The notes: generated by a model not told the origin, from the sequence alone. A stretch of 56,071 nucleotides of DNA from an uncultured virus (IMG/VR IMGVR_UViG_3300024272_000044) (IMGVR_UViG_3300024272_000044); one strand, 5' to 3'. Positions 1 to 10,400 are shown, counted from the first letter of the stretch. Translations and numbers: made by a program.

Positions 1-6
1 AACAAT

Positions 7-237
7 ATGAAAGACCATGTTGTTGGTTATAAATACAGACATTTTAAAGGAAATATTTATTTTGTTATGAATATTGCTGTGCATAGTGAAACAGCAGAAC
101 CAATGATTATTTATAAAAGTGTTGACAATCCAGATTGTGTATGGTGTAGACCATTGGATATGTTCATGTCAGAAGTAGACCATGAAAAATATCCAGATGT
201 AAAACAGAAAATGAGATTTGAAAAAATTATGGAGTAA
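7..237 (+). CDS. DUF1653-family small protein
   Basis: YRHFKGNIY...AVHSET...WCRPLDMFMSEVDHEKYP...RFE signature. Confidence 0.85.
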   Translation: MKDHVVGYKYRHFKGNIYFVMNIAVHSETAEPMIIYKSVDNPDCVWCRPLDMFMSEVDHEKYPDVKQKMRFEKIME

Positions 238-242
238 GTATT

Positions 243-617
243 ATGTACGAATACCAAGCTACAATAACAAATATTGTTGATGGCGATACATTTGATATGG
301 ATATTGATTTAGGTTTTAATATTCATGTCCATGAAAGAGTTAGATTATTAGATGTTGATACACCAGAAAAATTTGGTGAAGAAAAAATTCTTGGTTTAAT
401 AGTAAAAAAATATGCAGAAGAAAATTTCTTATATAAAGATGTTATTATTAAATCAGAGAAAAATGACGAGGCAGCCGATACAGATAGTTTTGGCAGATGG
501 CTCGTAAAAGTTATTATGCGTGACGGCAGAGAAATCAGTGAGATTTACAATAATCTTGGCGTTAATAAAATATATAGTGACTATGATAAAGATAACGTAT
601 TAGCGTTGGAAATGTAA
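243..617 (+). CDS. Thermonuclease (SNase-like) family nuclease
   Basis: IVDGDTF, RVRLLDVDTPE, DSFGRWL motifs. Confidence 0.8.
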   Translation: MYEYQATITNIVDGDTFDMDIDLGFNIHVHERVRLLDVDTPEKFGEEKILGLIVKKYAEENFLYKDVIIKSEKNDEAADTDSFGRWLVKVIMRDGREISEIYNNLGVNKIYSDYDKDNVLALEM

Positions 618-635
618 TTTTTTCCAAAAAACATA

Positions 636-664
636 TTGACAAATATAACTAATAATGTTATAAT
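636..664 (+). promoter_or_regulatory. Sigma-A-type promoter
   Basis: TTGACA(636)-17 bp-TATAAT(659), extended TG, upstream A-tract. Confidence 0.85.
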
Positions 665-692
665 AAAACAAATAAATAAAAGAGGTAAATGA

Positions 693-1874
693 ATGGCTAG
701 ATTAACGAGTGAGCAGTTACAGGCTCTTATGAAAAAAGAAGGCGTTGACCGTATTTGGTCATGGTCTAAAATTAATTGTTTTCATACAAGTCCGTATGAA
801 TATTATTTAAAATATATTAAAAAAGCAAAAGAAGATAGAGCAAACTCTATTTATACGACAACTGGTGGTTTGGCACATGATATCTTAGAAAAGTTTTATA
901 CAAATCAAATTGAATATAGCGACATGATTGGTCAGTTTGAAGATGGTTGGACAGTTGCTGTTAATATCGCTGACTTAAAATTTGATAGAACAGATGAAGA
1001 AAAAAATACGAAAATTAAAGATAAGTATTATGAAAATTTAGTTCACTTCTTTAATAATCATACGGTATTAAAGCAGAAACCAATTATTGAACAGTTTGTA
1101 AAAATCATGATTGATGGCAACTTATTTCAAGGATATATCGACTGTGCTTTTAGAGACGAAGATGATTGTATTAATATCGTGGACTTTAAAACATCTAGTA
1201 TTTATAAGGGTGCAAAAGCAGAGAATGAATGTGGTCAGTTGGTATTATATGCAATTGGATTGCATCAGCAGGGTATACCAATGGATAAGATTAAAATCTG
1301 TTGGAACTTCTTAAAATATGTAACTATTCAGTATGAGCAGAAAAATGGTGCTATTAAAACAAGAGAATCAGAACGTTGTAAAATTGGAGAAAGTCTACAG
1401 AGTAATGCAAAAACTTGGTTGAAACATTTTGGATATGAACCAGATAAATATCTAAAAGAACTACTTGATACAAATGATATTACTTGTCTTCCAGAAGAAG
1501 TAAGAGCAAAATACGTGATTTCAGATTGTTATGTTTATGTTGATTTAGTAGAGAAGCTGATTGAGAAATGGACTACTCATGTATCAACAACTATTAAAGA
1601 TATTGAACTTAGAGAAGCCGATTATAGAGAGGCTCATAGTGATAGATGTTTCTGGGATACTGATGAATCTGTAAAAGAACAGAGTTATTACTTCGCAAAC
1701 TTATGTGGTTATAGTAGAAGTCTTCATAAACCATATGATGAATATTGTAATAGACTTGAAGCATCTCAAAACAACAATGATATGTTTGGTGGGCTTTTAG
1801 GCAATAGTGTTCCTACAAGTAGCAACGTTATAGATAATAAAGATGTTGATTTAAGCTGGCTTGATAATATTTAA
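693..1874 (+). CDS. PD-(D/E)XK (RecB/Cas4-like) exonuclease
   Basis: WSWSKI, GGLAHDILE, GYID...IVDFKTS, QLVLYA motifs. Confidence 0.8.
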   Translation: MARLTSEQLQALMKKEGVDRIWSWSKINCFHTSPYEYYLKYIKKAKEDRANSIYTTTGGLAHDILEKFYTNQIEYSDMIGQFEDGWTVAVNIADLKFDRTDEEKNTKIKDKYYENLVHFFNNHTVLKQKPIIEQFVKIMIDGNLFQGYIDCAFRDEDDCINIVDFKTSSIYKGAKAENECGQLVLYAIGLHQQGIPMDKIKICWNFLKYVTIQYEQKNGAIKTRESERCKIGESLQSNAKTWLKHFGYEPDKYLKELLDTNDITCLPEEVRAKYVISDCYVYVDLVEKLIEKWTTHVSTTIKDIELREADYREAHSDRCFWDTDESVKEQSYYFANLCGYSRSLHKPYDEYCNRLEASQNNNDMFGGLLGNSVPTSSNVIDNKDVDLSWLDNI

Positions 1875-1887
1875 TGAGGTAATTAAT

Positions 1888-2223
1888 ATGGAATGGAATG
1901 TATATCACCATAATATTAATAAGAAAAAAATTGAAGCTTATAATATTTTTGACCATTATAGTTTTTGCAAAAATGTAAAAAAGGCTGCAAGAGAATGTTT
2001 TATTAAAGAAGATTTTATAGAACAGCTTAAGTCAGAATTATTCTATTATTTCTGGTCAAAAGCCGAATGGGAAGTGGTTATCACTTCTTGGTGTGGTGGA
2101 GACAGAGAGAAAGATGCGGTTAAAATTGATGTATATAATCAAGTAATGATGAATTTTGATGTATTTGCAGATTATGTTTGGAACAATAGAAATAAGTTAT
2201 TTGAAGTAGGGGAAGATGAATAA
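1888..2223 (+). CDS. Hypothetical phage protein
   Basis: ORF; start moved to ATG 1888 after GAGGT RBS. Confidence 0.7.
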   Translation: MEWNVYHHNINKKKIEAYNIFDHYSFCKNVKKAARECFIKEDFIEQLKSELFYYFWSKAEWEVVITSWCGGDREKDAVKIDVYNQVMMNFDVFADYVWNNRNKLFEVGEDE

Positions 2224-2501
2224 TGTATAATAAAAAATATATTATTGAAGAAATTGAAGAGTTTAATGACCATAATCCAATTTATGAAGGAGTATTGGGC
2301 AGAATCGCTTACCCAGCATATTTTAATGTTGGGGAGCGCGGCTGGTTTCTTTGGATTGAAGATGGTTGTTTTAGAGAACTTGCACATAGAATTCATACAA
2401 GTGTGATTCAGAGTGTGGAATATGTGAATGATATGATTATCGTAAAAACTGAAAATACTAGATTTACATTTAGATTGGTTGAGAAAAATGAAGTTAATTA
2501 A
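2223..2501 (+). CDS. Hypothetical protein
   Basis: ORF coupled to upstream stop (TAATG). Confidence 0.7.
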   Translation: MYNKKYIIEEIEEFNDHNPIYEGVLGRIAYPAYFNVGERGWFLWIEDGCFRELAHRIHTSVIQSVEYVNDMIIVKTENTRFTFRLVEKNEVN

Positions 2502-2709
2502 AGATTCAATTAGATTAAAAGAAAATAGAAAAGAATATAGAATTAAACCGACAATTAAATTTTGTGTTGGTAATGATAATTATATATTTTCATTTGTTCC
2601 AACAATTGTATGGCAACCTTGGATTTATAGATATATTAATTGTAGTGTTATCGATGTATGGTGGTTGCATTATCATATTGCTATTGGAATATGGGAACGT
2701 AAAAGCTGA
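2488..2709 (+). CDS. Hypothetical protein
   Basis: ORF, ATG 2488, packed in operon. Confidence 0.6.
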   Translation: MKLIKDSIRLKENRKEYRIKPTIKFCVGNDNYIFSFVPTIVWQPWIYRYINCSVIDVWWLHYHIAIGIWERKS

Positions 2710-2724
2710 ATTTTAAGAGGTAAT

Positions 2725-3054
2725 ATGAAATTTATAGAATTTAATTCAAAAGAAGAAATGATTGCATATGAAACAGATAGAGAAAATTATTATATGCAGT
2801 TTCTTAATGCAAAAAATACATTTGAATTTTATAAATTATGGTTCAAAGAGCTTTTTGTTAAAGAATATCGAGAATTAAAAAAGAAATATGATGGTTATTG
2901 TGGTGGATGGTACAGAGATAAAGATGGTATTATCCACACAGAAAATATTTCTTGTGTTGATTCAGATAAGGTTAAAAACGGAGACATTTGTATAGAAGAA
3001 TGTTTGGATAAAGATTATGTGTTTCACAACAACACATGGATAAGAGTATTATAA
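2725..3054 (+). CDS. Hypothetical protein
   Basis: ORF with AGAGGT RBS. Confidence 0.7.
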   Translation: MKFIEFNSKEEMIAYETDRENYYMQFLNAKNTFEFYKLWFKELFVKEYRELKKKYDGYCGGWYRDKDGIIHTENISCVDSDKVKNGDICIEECLDKDYVFHNNTWIRVL

Positions 3055-3080
3055 AAGTTTAATTTTATGGGGTAAAAGAT

Positions 3081-3203
3081 ATGGCTTTCTTTTGTAAAAG
3101 AAAAGTAAGTAAATCAAAAAGAAAGACAATTGGTTGTAAAGGGTGCAAGTACTATGAGAAAGTGTTCTGGGACGGACATTGGCAATGGCGTTGCACATGT
3201 TAA
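3081..3203 (+). CDS. 40-aa basic Cys-rich peptide (not in ORF track)
   Basis: MAFFCKRKVSKSKRKTIGCKGCKYYEKVFWDGHWQWRCTC; GGGGT RBS; fills one cassette exactly. Confidence 0.65.
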   Translation: MAFFCKRKVSKSKRKTIGCKGCKYYEKVFWDGHWQWRCTC

Positions 3204-3229
3204 AACTAACATTTTAAGAGGTAAAGCAT

Positions 3230-3394
3230 ATGTTAAAAATTATGAAGATTGCAGAGATAAAGGCTTCTGATACAGAAAGTTTAAAGAAAATTGTAAAAGC
3301 ACTTGAAGATGCAGAATTTACAGTTGCTTATGATAAAGAGTATACACATTATGCATATGTTTGTGTTGAAGAAATTTCTAATAGAGGTGAATAA
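3230..3394 (+). CDS. 54-aa hypothetical protein (not in ORF track)
   Basis: MLKIMKIAEIKASDTESLKK...; AGAGGT RBS. Confidence 0.65.
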   Translation: MLKIMKIAEIKASDTESLKKIVKALEDAEFTVAYDKEYTHYAYVCVEEISNRGE

Positions 3395-3395
3395 T

Positions 3396-3584
3396 ATGAA
3401 ACATGTAAAAGTAACAAATTGTGAATCTGGAGATTGGCAGATTCTTGAAGTAAATGGTGTTGAATGGGCTTCTGGTCATAGCATTACAGAACATGATTGG
3501 CTTGGTCTTTTAAGCGAACACTTTGATGCACAGATAGAATGTGATTGTATTTCAGATGAAGAAATGGAAATGAGAACATTTTAA
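3396..3584 (+). CDS. Hypothetical protein
   Basis: True start MKHVKV at 3396 after GAGGTG. Confidence 0.65.
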   Translation: MKHVKVTNCESGDWQILEVNGVEWASGHSITEHDWLGLLSEHFDAQIECDCISDEEMEMRTF

Positions 3585-3619
3585 TAAGGTTATAAAAGAT
3601 TAGTTTTAAGAGGTAAAAA

Positions 3620-3880
3620 ATGAATGAATTATTATTTGGTATACCATGTATTATTGCTCAACAAATAAAGAAGCAAAAGAAATATAGCAAATATAAAATT
3701 ATAAATTGGTTTTATAAAAAAATGTATGGTTACGAATATGAATCGACTATGCCAGAAGGAACTGACGTAATATATTTTGAGAACAAATTTATTTTTAGAG
3801 ATAAAGAAGCATTTGACAAAATGGCAAAAGCATATGAAGAAACTATGACATATAATTTGTTTAAGGTTAGAGAGTTATAA
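3620..3880 (+). CDS. Hypothetical protein
   Basis: ORF with AGAGGT RBS. Confidence 0.7.
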   Translation: MNELLFGIPCIIAQQIKKQKKYSKYKIINWFYKKMYGYEYESTMPEGTDVIYFENKFIFRDKEAFDKMAKAYEETMTYNLFKVREL

Positions 3881-3897
3881 AACGAGGATTTTAAGTG

Positions 3898-4062
3898 ATG
3901 AAATTAAAAACAATTAAATATAATGGAAAAGAAGAAACATTTTGTGATGTATTATCTTTTGAATTTAGAACAAATCAGGTTTCAAATTGGATAAGGATAG
4001 AAACAATTTATGGCGAAACAATTATTGTTCACAATGTTTGTGTCATTAAGAGCGTAGAATAA
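3898..4062 (+). CDS. 54-aa hypothetical protein (not in ORF track)
   Basis: MKLKTIKYNGKEETFCDV...; GAGGA RBS lies in the palindrome spacer. Confidence 0.6.
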   Translation: MKLKTIKYNGKEETFCDVLSFEFRTNQVSNWIRIETIYGETIIVHNVCVIKSVE

Positions 4063-4071
4063 GAGGTTAAT

Positions 4072-4380
4072 ATGGATTATAGAAATAGAAATTATTATTT
4101 AGCAAACATAGATTATGTCTCATATGATATGAGATTAAAAATTTTTAAATTAGTAACTCCATCATTAAAAATACACCCACCATATAATCATGTTAAAAAT
4201 AAACATCAGCATGATTATGTAGATGGTTTAACTTGGCAAATGATGTTAAGTTGCAAGAAAGAAGATTCAGAAGCTCTTGAATATGAATTAAGAAAAGCAG
4301 AAAGAAATGATAGATATGATGGATTGTATTCTTCTGGAAGTAATTTTGTAAAACTAAGCAAAGAGTTATTAGGTCAATAA
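4072..4380 (+). CDS. Hypothetical protein
   Basis: ORF with AGAGGT RBS. Confidence 0.7.
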   Translation: MDYRNRNYYLANIDYVSYDMRLKIFKLVTPSLKIHPPYNHVKNKHQHDYVDGLTWQMMLSCKKEDSEALEYELRKAERNDRYDGLYSSGSNFVKLSKELLGQ

Positions 4381-4390
4381 GGAGTAAATT

Positions 4391-4897
4391 ATGAAGATTA
4401 TTAACTTAGGTAGAGGTCAAGGCAAAACAACAAGATTGCTTTATGCAAGTGAATTTAATGATGCACCAATTTTGTGTAGTAGCTTAGCGCAAAAAAATGT
4501 TTTATTACATATGGCAAAAGAATTACATTTAAATATTCCAGAGCCATTATGTGTTGGCGATGTGTTTTCAGATAAAATTAGAGGAAATAGAAGTCTTGAC
4601 AATGGTATTTTGGTAGACGATACAGAATCTGTGTTACAACAGATGTTATATAACATTGGATTACATAGTAAGATTAAAGCAATGAGTATAACAGATATTG
4701 CAGACAATAATAGATATACGTCATCTAATAGACATGTATCATGGAATGTAGAAAAATTAAAACATTATGATAAAGCAATTCAAGATTGTGCAAATAATTT
4801 CAACACGATTAGTAATACTATTAGTGAATTATCAGATTCTTTATCAACTACTAAGTATTGGGATGTTACATCTGCTAATAATGAAACAAAGTTATAA
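4391..4897 (+). CDS. Small P-loop-like protein
   Basis: N-terminal GRGQGKTT Walker-A-like motif and ILVDD Walker-B-like motif. Confidence 0.55.
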   Translation: MKIINLGRGQGKTTRLLYASEFNDAPILCSSLAQKNVLLHMAKELHLNIPEPLCVGDVFSDKIRGNRSLDNGILVDDTESVLQQMLYNIGLHSKIKAMSITDIADNNRYTSSNRHVSWNVEKLKHYDKAIQDCANNFNTISNTISELSDSLSTTKYWDVTSANNETKL

Positions 4898-4922
4898 AAC
4901 AAAGATTTTAAGAGGTATTAAA

Positions 4923-5117
4923 ATGATTATATCAGAAGAAAAATATTGCATCGCATCAAAAGAATTTCCCCTAAAGTTTTATCGTTGTGGAAATGAAACT
5001 GATGTTATGGAACATGATTTGTTGATGAGTAAAGAAAGTTGTGAATATGAATTAAGCACATATGACGAACCTGAAGAGTTTCATATTTTAAAAGTTAAAG
5101 TAACTTATGAATTTTAA
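4923..5117 (+). CDS. Hypothetical protein
   Basis: Start MIISEE at 4923 after AGAGGT. Confidence 0.65.
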   Translation: MIISEEKYCIASKEFPLKFYRCGNETDVMEHDLLMSKESCEYELSTYDEPEEFHILKVKVTYEF

Positions 5118-5149
5118 GGTGATAAAATAAAGGTTTTATGAGGTAAGTT

Positions 5150-5509
5150 ATGGAAGAATGGATTAAAAAATCTGATGTATTAGAATTATTAGGTCTACCT
5201 TCAGATATTTTATATGAATATATTCATGAGTTAAAGGGTGTTTGGGTGGATGAAGATTGGAATAAATGGAATCCAACAAGCGAAGGTCTGCCAAAAGAAG
5301 ATGGAGAATATTTGTGTCAGAGCAACTTTGGCAATCACGAATTATTTGAAGTGTTGTCATTCAGTACAAATCTTTACGAAGTGGATGAATATGATTTTTG
5401 TGATATAAATAGAGCAGGCTTTTATGATTTTGATTCAGAGTGGGGATATTATGAAGCTCATAATGTTGTAGCGTGGCAACCACTTCCAGAGTCGTATAAA
5501 GGTAAATAA
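5150..5509 (+). CDS. DUF551-like phage protein
   Basis: WNPTSEGLPKEDGEYL...VVAWQPLPESY. Confidence 0.7.
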   Translation: MEEWIKKSDVLELLGLPSDILYEYIHELKGVWVDEDWNKWNPTSEGLPKEDGEYLCQSNFGNHELFEVLSFSTNLYEVDEYDFCDINRAGFYDFDSEWGYYEAHNVVAWQPLPESYKGK

Positions 5510-5524
5510 AGAGGTAAAATTTAT

Positions 5525-5668
5525 ATGGTGACAGATACAGAAGAATACAAAGGAAGAAGATTTGAATGCGAACATTGTGGTTATGTAGTATCAAGTAATG
5601 CAATGAGTGACTTTGATGTGGACGATTTTGAATATTGTCCTCGTTGTGGAAAAGAAATTGATTACTAA
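5525..5668 (+). CDS. 47-aa zinc-ribbon protein (not in ORF track)
   Basis: FECEHCG...YCPRCGKEID; AGAGGT RBS. Confidence 0.7.
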   Translation: MVTDTEEYKGRRFECEHCGYVVSSNAMSDFDVDDFEYCPRCGKEIDY

Positions 5669-5696
5669 TAAAATTGTTGTTTTAAGAGGTGATAAT

Positions 5697-5975
5697 ATGA
5701 GAGATACTTTTTCTATTATAAAAATGGATTTAGATAAATTAAATAGAAAGATTGATGAATATGTAAATATTACAAATAAATCTAATCCATATATTTTTAT
5801 GAGTGAAAATACAGCAAAGAGCGTTGATTTTACCATATCTCCATTAAACTTATTTTTGCGTATAACATCAAAATACAAAGACGAACACGAGCCAAATGGT
5901 AGAATAGCCGAGTATACTGGACATAAAATTTTTATAAACAATGATTTAGAATATGGTGAAATTGAAATTAGATAA
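5697..5975 (+). CDS. Hypothetical protein
   Basis: Start MRDTF at 5697 after AGAGGTG. Confidence 0.7.
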   Translation: MRDTFSIIKMDLDKLNRKIDEYVNITNKSNPYIFMSENTAKSVDFTISPLNLFLRITSKYKDEHEPNGRIAEYTGHKIFINNDLEYGEIEIR

Positions 5976-6005
5976 TAAAATCTGAGTTTTAAGAGGTGAT
6001 AATAT

Positions 6006-6194
6006 ATGAATTGGAAGTTTTATTGTCCACATTGTAAAAAGGTTAAAAATAGATTTCAAGTTGCCAAAGGAACTGACGGTGTTAGATTCTATTGGCATAG
6101 ATGTAGAGAATGTGGAACACAAGTAATTGAATTAAAGCAAGTATTAGAACAAGTAATATCGTCTACTAGAAGATTAGTAGATGACGATGAATAA
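6006..6194 (+). CDS. Zinc-ribbon protein
   Basis: CPHC...CREC. Confidence 0.7.
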   Translation: MNWKFYCPHCKKVKNRFQVAKGTDGVRFYWHRCRECGTQVIELKQVLEQVISSTRRLVDDDE

Positions 6195-6219
6195 AATAAG
6201 AGTTTTAAGAGGTAACAAA

Positions 6220-6486
6220 ATGCTTTGTTATAGTTGTGATAAAATTGGTGGATGTTCTATATTCCAAAAGTTATATAAAATATCAAATAATTTCTTTATT
6301 AATGATTGTTTGGAATATGTTGGAGCACCAGAATTAAAATATAGAAAAATTGCAGAACATAATGACCTCATGGCTTTAATATATGATTATTTTACTAATC
6401 AGTTAGATAGTGAAGAATTATTAGGCAGAGAATATAGCGATGAAGAAATAAAAGATATTATTAGAGAATACATGTGGAGATTATAG
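6220..6486 (+). CDS. Hypothetical Cys-containing protein
   Basis: Start MLCYSCD at 6220 after AGAGGT. Confidence 0.65.
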   Translation: MLCYSCDKIGGCSIFQKLYKISNNFFINDCLEYVGAPELKYRKIAEHNDLMALIYDYFTNQLDSEELLGREYSDEEIKDIIREYMWRL

Positions 6487-6519
6487 GCAATAAAATTTCG
6501 TTTTTAAGAGGTGATAAGA

Positions 6520-6702
6520 ATGAGTAGAAGTATGATTTTAGAAGCGATGTATGAAGTTATTAAAGAATCTACTGATTGGGGAGTTACTGAAAAAGATTAC
6601 GGTATGTTTGTAGATGGTGTCGTGGCTATGACAGATGCGATGTTAGCCAAAAATGAATTACTAAATGGATGTTGTGCAAAAGAAGATTCAATGCTTGCAT
6701 AA
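6520..6702 (+). CDS. Hypothetical protein
   Basis: Start MSRSM at 6520 after AGAGGTG. Confidence 0.65.
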   Translation: MSRSMILEAMYEVIKESTDWGVTEKDYGMFVDGVVAMTDAMLAKNELLNGCCAKEDSMLA

Positions 6703-6732
6703 TAAAATGAAAGTTTTAAAGGTGGTTATATA

Positions 6733-6891
6733 ATGAAACACAACATAGAAATTAGCACGGTTGAAGCATTATTGATTGTCCAGTTGTTACGTGAAAATGT
6801 ATTAGAAAACGAAACAGATAAATTAATAGCTCAAAAATTAAAAGATATGATAATTGAAAAGGTTGCAACTGAGCTATCAGAAAAGGAGTAG
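6733..6891 (+). CDS. 52-aa hypothetical protein (not in ORF track)
   Basis: MKHNIEISTVEALLIVQLLRE...; AGGTGG RBS. Confidence 0.6.
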   Translation: MKHNIEISTVEALLIVQLLRENVLENETDKLIAQKLKDMIIEKVATELSEKE

Positions 6892-6893
6892 TT

Positions 6894-7091
6894 ATGCCAT
6901 TAGATAAAGCAATAGAACACGGCAAAGAATATAGAAAGATGTACTATGGTTCTAAAGCCATAGATTGTTCTTGTCGTAATCACGGAACTTGTGAATGGTG
7001 CAAGGGGGCTCGTTTATATAAGAATAATAAACGAATAGACAGTATGAATGAAAGAATAAAAGAATATAATGAGGAGATGGGGTGGGAATAG
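6894..7091 (+). CDS. Basic phage protein with Cys/His cluster
   Basis: CSCRNHGTCEWC; AGGAG RBS. Confidence 0.7.
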   Translation: MPLDKAIEHGKEYRKMYYGSKAIDCSCRNHGTCEWCKGARLYKNNKRIDSMNERIKEYNEEMGWE

Positions 7092-7112
7092 TTTCTCACC
7101 CTAAAAGTGTGT

Positions 7113-7388
7113 ATGAACGAATATAAAATAACAGCAGAGGAATTATTATTAGAATATGATTATGATGGGATTAAATATCTTACAGATTATAGTTATGATA
7201 CAGCGCTAATTGGTGTTACTCATGATGACAGAGCGGTTTATGATTTTGATTTAATGATTGAATGGCTAATGACCGAACATGACTTTGGATATGAGGATGC
7301 TATAGAATGGATTGAGTTTAATACTCTTAGAGCACTGCCATATATGGGTAGCGATGCACCAATAATTATATATAGATTTTCAAATTAA
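7113..7388 (+). CDS. Hypothetical phage protein
   Basis: ORF, acidic; YDTALIG...AIEWIEFN. Confidence 0.65.
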   Translation: MNEYKITAEELLLEYDYDGIKYLTDYSYDTALIGVTHDDRAVYDFDLMIEWLMTEHDFGYEDAIEWIEFNTLRALPYMGSDAPIIIYRFSN

Positions 7389-7401
7389 TCCAAAAAACAT
7401 A

Positions 7402-7430
7402 TTGACAAACATGGTAAAATATGTTACTAT
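7402..7430 (+). promoter_or_regulatory. Sigma-A-type promoter for the replication operon
   Basis: TTGACA(7402)-17-TACTAT(7425), extended TG. Confidence 0.8.
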
Positions 7431-7471
7431 ATCATTGTAATAAATAATGTTATAAAGAAAGGTTTAAATAA

Positions 7472-10400
7472 ATGAATTATACAGTTTATCATTTACATAG
7501 TGATTTATCGAATGGAGTAACAAACATTGACTCTGTTACGAAATATAAACAATACGTAGAATATGCAAAAGAGTTAGGAATGACTGCATTAGCATTTGCA
7601 GAACATGGTAACATTTTTGAATGGGTTCACAAAAAAGAATCAATCGAAGCAGCAGGAATGAAATATATTCACGCTACAGAAGCATATTTAACAAAAGATA
7701 CAAATTCAGAAGATAAACATAGAGATAATTACCATTGTGTTTTAATTGCCAAAAACTATGACGGTGTTAAAGAACTAAACAAGTTGGTTTCTAAATCTTT
7801 CAATAGAGACGACTATCATTATTATTATGCACCAAGAATTGGTTTTGATGAATTATATGCAACATCAGACAATATTCTTATTACTACTGCATGTTTAGGC
7901 GGTGTATTGGGCAAAGGCAATAACGATATTAAGACAGAATTTTTAAAGTTCTTAATTAAAAATAAACACAGATGTTATCTTGAAGTTCAACATCATAATT
8001 GTGAAGCTCAGGCTGTATATAATAAAATTCTTTATGCAGTCCATCAAAAAACTGGAATACCATTAATTGCTGGTACTGATACACATTGTTTAAACGATAT
8101 TCATGTAGATGGTAGGGGAATTCTTCAGAAAGGGAAAAACGTATTTTTCTCAGACGAAGAGTCATGGGATTTAACTTTTAAAACATATGATGAATTAGTA
8201 AATGCATATAAGAATCAAAGAGCTTTGCCAGAAGATGTTTATTTAGAAGCGATTGAAAATACAAATAGAATGGCAGATTCTGTAGAAGAATTTAAACTGG
8301 ATTATGGTAAAAAATATCCTAAGTTATATAAAGATTCAGAAAAAGTTTTAAGAGAAAAAATCTTAGAGGGAATTAAAAATAGAGGCGTTGACAAATACGA
8401 TAACTTTAACGAGTACAAAGAAAAAATTCAGTATGAATTAGAAACATATAAACATAATGGTGCGATTGACTTTTTATTACTTGAAGAGGACTACAAATCA
8501 GCATTAAAGAAGCAGGGTGTAAGCTGTGGGTATTCAAGAGGCTCTGTTAGTGGAAGTGAGATTGCGTATCTATTAGGCATTACAGAGGTTGACTCAATTA
8601 AATATAACCTTAACTTTGAGCGTTTTATGAATAAAGAACGTGTATCTCTTGCAGACGTTGATACTGACTGGTCTAAAAAAGATAGATATAAGGTTAGAGA
8701 ATATCTATTTAATAAAGAGGGGTTATACTGTTGTGATATTATCACATTCAATACTATCGCTTTAAAGGGTGCTATTAAGGATGTTGGTAGAGCATTGGGA
8801 ATGAGTGTTGAAGAAACGCAGATGATTAGTGATGCTGTATATTTAGATGAAAATAAAAAGGATTGTATTGATGAATTTTACATTAAAAAATATCCAGAGT
8901 TATTTAAATATGTTGACATTGTAAAAGGAACTATTGTTTCAATTGGAAATCACCCAGCTGGGCTTGTAGTATCTCCATATCCAGTAGATGAATGGTTCGG
9001 TTTATGCAGTACAAAATCAAATGAAAACATGATTTCTCAGATTAATATGAAAGAGATTGATGGCTTGTCATTTGTAAAGCTTGATGTGCTTGGTCTTGAC
9101 TGTGTTGGTCTAATTAATGAAACTTGTGATTTAGCTGGTATCCCAAGATTAACGCCAGATAATATTTCTTTTGATGATAAAAAGGTGTGGGATGAAATTA
9201 GAGATGATTGTACTATGATTTTTCAGTTTGAATCTTCATATGCTGGAGACTACATCAAGCAGCTTTTTAGTGATGGAACAATTGCAAAGATTAAAGAGAA
9301 GAATAAAAACTTCTCATATATAGACTTAATGTCAATGGCAAATGGAGCTATCAGACCTGCTGGTGCAAGTTATCGTGATGAGCTATCCACTGGTAAATAT
9401 CACGATAATGGGCACGATGCTTTAAATAAATTCCTTGCACCAACATTAGGATACCTAGTTTATCAAGAGCAAATTATTGAGTTCCTACATAGCTTCTGCG
9501 GTTATACGATGGGAGAGGCAGACATTGTACGAAGAGGTTTCGCTAAGAAAACTGGTACTGATAAATTTATACCAAAAATCAAAGAAGGCTTCATTAAAAC
9601 GATGAAAGAGAAGTACAATGTAGAGGAAGATGAGTCTAATAAATTAATTGAAAGTTTTATTCAAGTAATCATTGATGCGAGCTCATATCTATTCTCTTTA
9701 AATCATGCTACACCATATAGCTTTCTTGGATATGTTGTTGGATGGTTAAGATGTTATTATAAGTTAGAAACAGTAACAACAGCATTAAATATTTATGAAG
9801 AGGATTCAGATAAATGTTTAGAAATCCTACAATATGCTAAGAAACATAACATTGAATTAAAACCAATTAAATTTGGTAAGTCTGGTAGTTTTTATACTAT
9901 GGACAAAGAAAATAATGCAATATATAAGGGTATAAGTTCTATTAAATATTGTAATGCTCAGATAGCAGACGAGTTACTAGAATTATCTAAGAATAAATAT
10001 AAAACATTTGTAGACTTATTAAGAGATATTGAAGATAAAACAAGTCTTAACTCAAGACAGTTACATATCTTAACCGCCTTAAATTTCTTTAGTGAATTCG
10101 GTAATAATAAATACCTGCTGAATGTTATTGAAGTATACGACAAGTTTGCAAATTCAAAAATTATTGCTAAAAAGAAAATGGAAGAGCTTGGTGTTACAGA
10201 TTATTTGATTAGAAAATATGCGAAAAAAGAAACAAAGGCACAATATAGAGAACTTGATAATCAAGGTTTAATTAATGAATTATGTAGTGTATTACCAAAT
10301 GAATCAATTGACATGATTGACCAAATTAAACTTGAAATGGAGTATTTGGAATATACAACATATGCGAACCCAATCCTTGCAGACCATTATTATGTTGTAC

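Larger units (their letters stand above)
2700..6718. repeat. Dispersed palindrome TAAAA-N6-TTTTA (usually followed by AGAGGT RBS), 12 copies at gene boundaries
   Basis: Copies start at 2700, 3052, 3201, 3593, 3878, 4895, 5123, 5669, 5976, 6192, 6491, 6703; further copies at 18986, 27698, 27950. Confidence 0.9.

Noticed and set aside
693..1874. Cas4-like nuclease as a sign of CRISPR
   Set aside because: No repeat-spacer array or other cas genes; the dispersed palindromes are separated by whole genes.
2700..6718. TAAAA-N6-TTTTA as intrinsic terminators
   Set aside because: A 5-bp all-AU stem is too weak, there is no separate U-tract, and the sites lie inside a tightly packed operon.
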